18,239 bases of DNA, taken from positions 232,231,412 through 232,249,650 of the forward strand of contig JANKJI020000002.1 of assembly GCA_024626585.2 (NCBI GenBank), given 5' to 3'. Below the pieces are notes generated by a model. It was not told the origin of the DNA. It did not search any database and was given only the letters and a program-made list of their open reading frames with translations. The position numbers were made by a program, and so were the translations under genes. The DNA is from Ginkgo biloba. Taxonomy: Eukaryota; Plantae; Ginkgophyta. Shown piece after piece: positions 10,986 to 18,239 of this stretch (position 1 is its first letter; every line of letters starts with the position of its first letter).

Positions 10986-11884
10986 ATTATCTTTCATCTT
11001 ATAACTATTTTACACAGGGCTAACCAACAGAATTCTAATTTCCTCAATTTATATGAAATTTACTATCCTAAATGAGAATTAACTGTCCATCCTTGAATTC
11101 CAGAATTTTTATGTGCCTATCATGCTAAGCCTTTTCCTTTTATTAGCTAGCCAACCACTGCCAATGAGCAATAATATGTTTCTCGTCAAGTTGCATTAAT
11201 GTATGTAAAGCAATCTTGTGGGTTTCTGCATTGCCCATTCTATGTTTAATAGCAATGCCTAAACCTGGAACCAAGAATTAAAAGAGAATGATTACCTCTT
11301 GTTCATATACTAATCCAGATGGAGTGAATCCATTTGCATGCTTAGTTGTTGTATGATCGGCCCATATGGTTATGTAATTTTTCCACCCAATCATTCCTTC
11401 CTACATTATAGATTTTTGTTAATACTCGTTTCAGAATTTTATTTTTACTTTTTGGTAATTCGTTTTCCTATGGGTGGTAGGGGGTGGAGTTTTATGATTT
11501 AGCATAAATTTTCCTATAGTATTATTGATTAGATCAATGACAATTTCAATTAGGCATTTGAATTGTGTAATAATCATTTCATATTATGAAGTGTGTAGTG
11601 TTATTGGCGTCACATTTACAGAGTGGCCATGCTTCTACCCATTTGGTGACATAGTATGTAGCTACTAGAATATATGGTGCCTGGGTTCTGTGAACAGGAG
11701 GACTAATTGGTCCGACAAAATCCAAGATCCATTTTTTGAATGGGCATTGTGCTAGTATTAGATGTAGGGGCTAATGATGTGAGGCTCAAGGTTTACCTAC
11801 TTGTTGACAAGAGTCATAATTTTTTGCCCAATTTTTCGCATCTTTAAATAGTGAGGGTCACCACAGTCTTGCTAACAATATTTT
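10986..11884 (-). mobile_element. Degenerate Ty3/gypsy integrase (copy A: zinc-finger end, catalytic core, C-terminal region)
   Basis: With stops and frameshifts: KILLARLW*PSLFKDAKNWAKNYDSCQQVGKP...PFKKWILDFVGPISPP...YILVATYYVTKWVEAWPL...STPYHP*EN...KNKILKRVLTK...NDWVEKL...GFTPSGLVYEQE...HDRHIKILEFKDGQLILI*DSKF...GKLEFCW. Confidence 0.9.
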
Positions 11885-11984
11885 NNNNNNNNNNNNNNNN
11901 NNNNNNNNNNNNNNNNNNNNNNNNNNNNNNNNNNNNNNNNNNNNNNNNNNNNNNNNNNNNNNNNNNNNNNNNNNNNNNNNNNNN

Positions 11985-12543
11985 GTCGATCATATGGAGT
12001 GGACTTCCTGTGGATTACCATGAATTCTTGTGTTAGATGGTGATTGGTGCTATTGATGAAGCTTCCACCTTGGTCACTTATGATTTTGATAGGGCATTCA
12101 AAACATGGATAATCATTTCATAAATGTAGCACTCAGTGCTTCGAGCGTCACGTTTACGTAGTGACCATGCCTCTACCCATCTTGTAATGTAATGTGGCAA
12201 GTAAAATGTGGAGTGATTATGTTCTTTGAGCAAGTGGATTGATAGGTCATACAAAATCCAAGCCCCATTTTTCATATGGGCATTGTGCTAATACCAAGTG
12301 TCAAGGTTGATGATGTAGAGCTTGATGTTTCCCCACCCTTTGAGAAGTATCACTACACAATATAGTTTTTGGCCTAATGTTTTGCATCTCTACACAATAT
12401 TGGCCACCATAGTCCTACTAGTAATATTTTTCTAGCAGTGCCATCACTACCAACATTCCTCATGTCAACCCCTCATGGGCTTCCTGCAAAATGGTCGGTA
12501 CTTATGTTCGATGACACATCAACGCAATACATGGTCCAATCCG
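11985..12543 (-). mobile_element. Degenerate Ty3/gypsy integrase (copy B: HHCC region and catalytic core)
   Basis: Across frames: GLDHVLR*CV...ILQEAHEG...TARKILLVGLWWPILCRDAK...KWGLDFV*PINP...YITRWVEAWSLRKRDARSTECYIYEMII...CPIKIISDQGGSFINST.HHLTQEFMVIHRKSTPY. Truncated by the 100-N gap at 11885-11984. Confidence 0.9.
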
Positions 12544-12781
12544 ATTGCTAGAGTATGCTTTCTATGAGTTGATAGGGTTATGCCCATCGAGCCAAGTTAC
12601 AACATTCTGTGTAATGCAAGCCCAAACCATTTGTCATGTTGTTAAGTATTTTGTAATATCACTAGACCAATCTAGAATGGTTGCTACTTAGAATAAAGCT
12701 ACATGTAAAAAATCATCTGATACGCATGGAACTTCTTCCCTAGTGTCGATTTGTGAGAGTTGANNNNNNNNNNNNNNNNNN

Positions 12782-13214
12782 TGTCTTGCCCCAAGTTTAA
12801 CAACCATAGTAAAGTTAAATTCCGAAAAGGGTAACAACCAATGATTAATTCATGCATGTAATATGGACATGTTGATTAAATATAACAACGCTTGATGACC
12901 CTCCCCAATTCTTCTCTTTTTGTAACAAGTATAGTTACACTCTATAAAAGATAATTTATGACTAACTAGATATATTGCATGATCAATATAATCCTCTCCT
13001 AATTGTGCGAGGATGCTGCCAAGTACATTCAAAGAGGCATCGATGTGGATATTAAATTCTTTGATCCAATTAGGATAGCGAAGAATCGGTCCAATAGTGA
13101 TTTTTGTTTTCAATGTATCAAAAGGTAATCAGTGCTCCAATGTCCATGTAAAAATAGAATCTTTCTTTAATAATTGTACCAATGAAGAGGACATATGGAT
13201 GTAGTTCATATAAA
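12782..13214 (-). mobile_element. Degenerate RT-connection and RNase H of Ty3/gypsy pol
   Basis: LVQLLKKDSIFTWT...FDTLKTKITIGPILRYPNWIKEFNIHIDASLNVLGSILAQLGEDYIDHAIYLVSHKLSFIECNYT...HQALLYLIN...HWLLPFSEFNFTMVVKLG. Matches PIL..PDW.KEFH.HVDAS...G..LAQ...DH.I..ASRKL...E.NY; about 20 codons are missing before HQAL. Confidence 0.92.
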
Positions 13215-13600
13215 TCAGCGATAATAACTAGTTAAGCCCAAAAATATTTTAAGTTGTTTCATCGTTGTTGTTGTTGAAAACTCTACGATAAGTGCAACTT
13301 TTGTTGGGTCAGTAACATGGCCTTCTTTTGTGACAATGTTGCCAAGAAGGTTATCAAATGGCACCATGAAACTACATTTTTTTGGATTGAGGCAAAGCAC
13401 NNNNNNNNNNNNNNNTTCTTGTAAATAACTTTGATGATCAATTACCAAAGAGTAAAGCATCCAATCATCCATAAATACTTCAATTTTGTCTTTAATTAGT
13501 TTCTTTAAAGATGTTCAAGATTATGCATTTAAACATAGCTAGAGGAATGGTCAACGCAAATGGCATGACTCAATACACATATGATCCTCACTAGATGACA
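13215..13600 (-). mobile_element. Degenerate reverse transcriptase (C-terminal half) of Ty3/gypsy pol
   Basis: GSYVY*VMPFAL (MPF at 13566-13558), IEVFMDDWML (YxDD-equivalent FMDD at 13475-13464), LNPKKCSFMVP...LLGNIVTKEG..TDPTKV, LKIFLGLTSYYR. Confidence 0.93.
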
Positions 13601-13689
13601 ACTCTATATACATTGGATACATCCATACTAAGTTTTGAGCACCAATANNNNNNNNNNTCAAGAGATGAGGCAAAGAAGGATGATCTCCT

Positions 13690-13990
13690 TGTCAAAATGT
13701 ATTGACTATGATTTGCATTTGTCCATTGTAATCTTTGACAAAATCTCCCAAAAGTTGATTTATCTCTTCAAGTGCTTGAATAAGAGTGAAAGTATCCTAG
13801 AGATTTTAAAACCAATCCAAGAAGGATGTCTAGATTTCATACATAGGAAGATTATTGACACTAATGCATTTGTACCGAGCAATTGCTAGTTCACATGAAG
13901 TGCTGAAAAATAGAGATTTAGTTTTGCTCACTGATAATATTTTTTAGTTACAGGATAATTTTGAACAAGGCTAAATGATCTACAAGTTAA
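13690..13990 (-). mobile_element. Degenerate retrotransposon gag core
   Basis: LVDHLALFKIIL...KSLFFSTSCELAIARYK...YEI*TSFLDWF*NL*DTFTLIQALEEINQLLGDFVKDYNGQMQ fits the Retrotrans_gag pattern F..TL...A..WY...FL..F...L..I.Q..GE.V.DY..R. Confidence 0.7.
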
Positions 13991-14240
13991 CCAATTCAAT
14001 CATAACTTAATCCAACGAAGATGTGATCGATGTGAACCAAAATATAGGGTTGGTGATTGTTGTGGCCTTGAGGTTTGGTATTCTTATTCTGAAGTTGGTC
14101 TTCCATGTCAGTAAACAGTGTGTTCAAATGCATGGAAAAGGTTGTGACTAGGGTAAGCAGTTCATTGATGAAAGAGTCGAGCTTCATGTTTCAAACAAAG
14201 GGATCAACATTATCTAAGAGTCAATGATTATTAGAGTTTG

Positions 14241-14530
14241 GAGATGAACACTTAATTTTGTTGCCAACTATCATTCGCAACTTGGGGTCTTCGTTAGCCT
14301 TATTGTTATGCACTAAGCTTGAATCACCATTTTCTATTTCCTACATCGCCTGAATACTATCTTCAAAACTGAATTCAGTCCTTTTGAGATGAACACTCTA
14401 AATTTTGTTGCCAATTATCATTTGCAATTGAAGGGTCTTTATCAACCTTGCTATTATGCACCAAGCATGAATTATCATTTTCTATTTTCTACATTGTCTT
14501 AATACTATCTTCAGAACTGAATTTAGTCCT
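14241..14530. repeat. Tandem duplication, ~145-148 bp unit, 2 copies
   Basis: Copy 1 14241-14382 (gagatgaacacttaattttgttgccaactatcatt...cttcaaaactgaattcagtcct) and copy 2 14386-14530 (gagatgaacactctaaattttgttgccaattatcatt...cttcagaactgaatttagtcct) are colinear with many transitions. Confidence 0.92.
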
Positions 14531-14809
14531 ACTATCGCCTTTTTTAGGTGTTAGTACTTATAGGTTGAATATCGATTCCTTCTTTTTCANNNNNNNNNNN
14601 NNNNNNNNNNNNNNNNNNNNNNNNNNNNNNNNNNNNNNNNNNNNNNNNNNAGATTGTTTTCTTCGAGACTGGTTTGTTAGTCGTTACATTCTTGCTTTAC
14701 TCTCTATTCTCTTGACGTTCCACTCTAGAATCATGCTTTTGCTCCATTGTGGCATCACAAAGACCCCTAGCTACTCCAGTGAATTTAGTAGCGAACTACG
14801 ACCCTCATG

Positions 14810-14827
14810 ATGGCTAGGGTTGCCAAA
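14810..14827 (-). promoter_or_regulatory. Candidate primer-binding site of the minus-strand Ty3/gypsy element
   Basis: Minus strand reads aata-TTTGGCAACCCTAGCCA, resembling TGGCGAC-type PBSs, in the expected position 5' of gag. It is degenerate, and the adjacent LTR end reads TA rather than CA. Confidence 0.3.
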
Positions 14828-15289
14828 TATTAAGCCAACTTCTCATTTGTTTGTAAGGTCAGCTGAAATAGTGTTGCAGGTTCCATTTAGGCAAATGTCT
14901 ATTGTGCTTTTCTCTAGCAAAGATAATTGACTATTAATGAGTAAAATGCATACGCATCATGATTGTAAGCATATCCTCAACAGATAAAAAGGAGATATGA
15001 CGCATTGCTCTCACCAACACAACGTTTGTCCCCTAAGAATCTCGAGGTTATAATCTTGAAGGAATAAATTATCATAAAGTGATCAGCACATAGCGAATAC
15101 AGATGATACAATTGATGATACCTAACTGATTACAATGAATAGATACTAGTTTTCATGACTCTTACTTGTGGCTTTACAAAAGATCACCATTCTTTGTTTC
15201 ATCTTAACTCTTAATTAACTACAACTAACTATTATTAGTTTTGGTAACCATGATATAATAGTCATTATGCAATTGAAGGATGTTGCAGG

Positions 15290-15535
15290 TTTGCAACCAA
15301 AGAATATGTGATGTGCTAAGACTAAATGCAAGAGTTGTGATTGGCTACTGGTTACGACAAGCTACTACTTACGACTTGAAAATGAGCGTTATGATTGTTT
15401 GATGGTTGCAATCTAGGAATAATTGTTAAGAGCAATTGTTGCTTGTGACTAGGAAAAGTGTTATGAACAACTGTTGGTTACGACCAAAGATCACATATTA
15501 CAACAGAAGAGAATTGCACAATCTTTTACAACTGA
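15290..15535. repeat. Array of short STTRCGAY-like motifs at ~17-20 bp spacing
   Basis: Cores at 15315 gctaagact, 15334 gttgtgatt, 15351 gttacgaca, 15368 cttacgact, 15388 gttatgatt, 15405 gttgcaatc, 15425 gttaagagc, 15442 cttgtgact, 15460 gttatgaac, 15477 gttacgacc and 15497 attacaaca. Most variants are CG->TG/CA. Confidence 0.65.
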
Positions 15536-17039
15536 CAACCATTCGTGGTAGCTACAATAATTAATTTTGGCATGAGGAATTAGTTTGAGAGTATCTACCA
15601 TAAATTTCTTTCAACAAAATATTATACCATCCCTAAGTGGTCTATTCCCATGGCATAAATATATGCATGCATTCCTCCTCATTACATAGATGATAGGAGT
15701 CCAACAATATTGCATCCTAGTGCCAAAATTCTATCTTCCTATTATGGTCATAGTAAATCCCCGTCTATAAAAAATACCATGAGACATCCTAAAAATAATA
15801 TGTTTTATCTACAAATTTCTTGCATACCCCCTATAAATATTCATTCCACAAATTTTGATTCAATGCTTTATTTCCCTTGGGCCCCTTTGACTTTTATCCC
15901 AAAAGTGGAGGTTATAGGTGTTCAATTATCAAGATACCTCTTTGTATATATCATTAGCTTTCAGATACTTGGGTAAATTTTAGAATGGCCCTAGACATGC
16001 ATAAACCTTAATGACAGTATACATCTCTCTTTAAAAAATTTCCCCTAACTTGTTATCAATCATACATATCTTAAGCTCATCTGGGATTCTCTAAGAGGCA
16101 TGACCTCACATTCTCTAAAAATGAGTGATAATACCACCATAAACATTGGTGATTTCTAGACTCCTTTACTCATACACAAGCCTAGGCTTCCATTCAAAGA
16201 AGAATTTTATTAACATGAAATACTTTGGTTGGCCAAGTAATTTTAAAAAATATTTTCTTTAGGGTTGGGATATTTCACCAATGTAATAGTTGTTAAGACA
16301 AAAGANNNNNNNNNNNNNNNNNNNNNNNNNNNNNNNNNNNNNNNNNNNNNNNNNNNNNNNNNNNNNNNNNNNNNNNNNNNNNNNNNNNNNNNNNNNNNNN
16401 NNNNNNNNNNNNNNNNNNNNNNNNNNNNNNNNNNNNNNNNNNNNNNNNNNNNNNNNNNNNGATTGGCTAGCTTTCCATAATGAATGTGGATCACGACAAT
16501 TGCTACAATTCCAACTCTGAATTTATAAAATAGAGTAACACATATATGATGGCAGCTCAAAGATTGTGTTAAGAACATACCGACAAAGGCATTTCATCAA
16601 GGAATATGACGTGCAACTTTGCACCCTTGTTTATCTAGGTTATGGACCAAGTCAGATGGCTAATGGAACTTTCTGAGTAGTCAATGTTGATCTCCCAATT
16701 TATGGACTGGGAGTTATCATATGGCTATTCATATTTAGAAAATTAAGGATAACAAATTACATATAATCATAAATTCCATATATCATGCAATCCCATTAAT
16801 GGGCATCAAAACTTAAAAGCCATGCAAACCATGCAAGAGGAAGAGGCATTCATACTATCATATATAAGGCTTATTATAAGGCTATTGGAAACCACTCAAA
16901 CAAAAAATTAGCTAGCAAAATGTGTTGTTCATCTATAGGGGACAAACCCTAAGCCCTACAATTGCATATAAACCATAAATGCAATCCAAAAACAGGTCAC
17001 CATGCATACAAACTAGAAAAATAGTAGACCTATTATAGC

Positions 17040-18239
17040 CCAATCAATCATGGTCAACAAGCTTACTTGACCAACTACCAAGTCAACTAGAGAAGTAAGG
17101 CTCTAAGCGCATTAAATAGGCCTCTTAGAGGCAAGCGCTTCTTAACCACTTACAATAAGGGTTTAGGAAGAGAGCCATCATGTTAATATGGGGCATTTCA
17201 GTCGACTTAGATGGGGGGCCCTCAAAAGGCAAAAAGACAACCCTAAAAGGTGCAAAAACCTAACTCAAGCTAAGCGCCCCTTCTCTTAAGGCCAGATGTC
17301 CCTTAACTTAAGGTGCTAAAGCACAAAACATGTTTATAATGTTAGTCGACCTCATAAGTCATCCCAATAGCACTTAAAAGTATATAAGGAGGTTAGAGGA
17401 AGTCATCTAAGGGCATAATTTTGACATTGTTGCATCCATTTTCCACTTAGAGAAAAAGCGTCTTCTCCCAATGGCTATTTTTTGCATCCTGCGACCTTAC
17501 TACTGCCTTATTAAGTTGCATTAATTGCTCTACTGCTACTCTGAGGCTATTATCTGCATTTTGCATGATTGTTGCTTCCCATATAAGTTGCATTTTCTGC
17601 CCTATTGTTGCCTTAGACTAGCCGAACGTCGATTCCTGCATTCTAGTGACTTTTTCTGCGACTTCAGTAAAAGAAGCTAGTCTTGCTCTTTTACGAGAGG
17701 CCGAACTCTATTCTAGGGATTTCTACACCTCAAAAGTTGTCTAGAAAACTAGTGAAGCTACAGAAGAAGGTTGAACCTGTCTAAGAGGCTGCCGAACTAC
17801 TATTGATCAAGTTTCTGTGTCCAGTTCCTACAATCGAGTTGAAGGAAGGCTATCGAAGGTGATATAGTGACTGGCAAACCTGTAGAACGACTAAATAAGC
17901 TAGAATATTAGTTTTTTCCACCCTGTCAGATATGTAATAATTGCCTTGCTTTTATTTATGTTATTTATTGTACATTTTATGATCTAAATCTATGATTNNN
18001 NNNNNNNNNNNNNNNNNNNNNNNNNNNNNNNNNTGGGCAAACACTAGTATGCTAGATTTAGGTTTATGATATGAAGTTACCTTGAAAAGAAGGATTGAAT
18101 CCATCTTACTACTTATATTATGTATGTTGTGGGTCATTGGCTATATGTATGAGTGCTTGCTTGCATCTTCAAATCCAATTTTTATGGCATATGCATACAT
18201 GGTTATATCATTGCGATGACATATTCTTGATATCTAAGG
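17040..18239 (+). mobile_element. Possible LTR body with TATA-like box
   Basis: Non-coding and more GC/CpG-rich than its flanks, with recurring GYCGAC/GCCGAAC motifs (~17200, 17345, 17620, 17700, 17791). TATATAAGGAGG at 17381 is followed by a T-rich U5-like tail. Termini were not identified. Confidence 0.35.

Larger units (their letters stand above)
2155..18239 (-). other. Probable very long TE-filled intron upstream of the exon
   Basis: Ends in a pyrimidine-rich CAG acceptor at 2155. The expected preceding exon (YP.EH.IYGDY...WD...NMRID) was not seen in the called bases. It could be hidden in N gaps, and contig order is uncertain. Confidence 0.45.

Noticed and set aside
15600-16305. LINE remnant (FRYLG near 15960; HFWD and IDHL-like words on the minus strand)
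   Set aside because: Isolated short words on inconsistent strands with no extended similarity.

Overview
AT-rich eukaryotic (land plant) nuclear DNA from a gapped draft scaffold. It has 14 N-runs, five of them exactly 100 N, which suggests gaps of unknown size. The only intact host coding sequence I can find is one 380-bp internal exon (- strand, 1775-2154) of a nardilysin-like / insulinase-family (peptidase M16) gene, with canonical AG/GT splice sites. I could not find the neighbouring exons by eye, so the rest of the window probably lies in very long introns, if the scaffold order is right. That space holds decayed Ty3/gypsy LTR-retrotransposon material: a gag/protease remnant (~3866-5963, -), a gag-RT-RNaseH-integrase remnant (~11985-14827, -), a second diverged integrase copy (~10986-11884, -), a 90-bp integrase shard (2502-2591, +) and several LTR-like stretches. 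It also holds tandem repeats with periods of 36, ~18, ~75 and ~145 bp. The retroelement motifs and long TE-filled intron resemble gymnosperm/fern-type large genomes (inference). I found no RNA gene, CRISPR array or convincing novel multi-gene system. The most interesting signals are structural.
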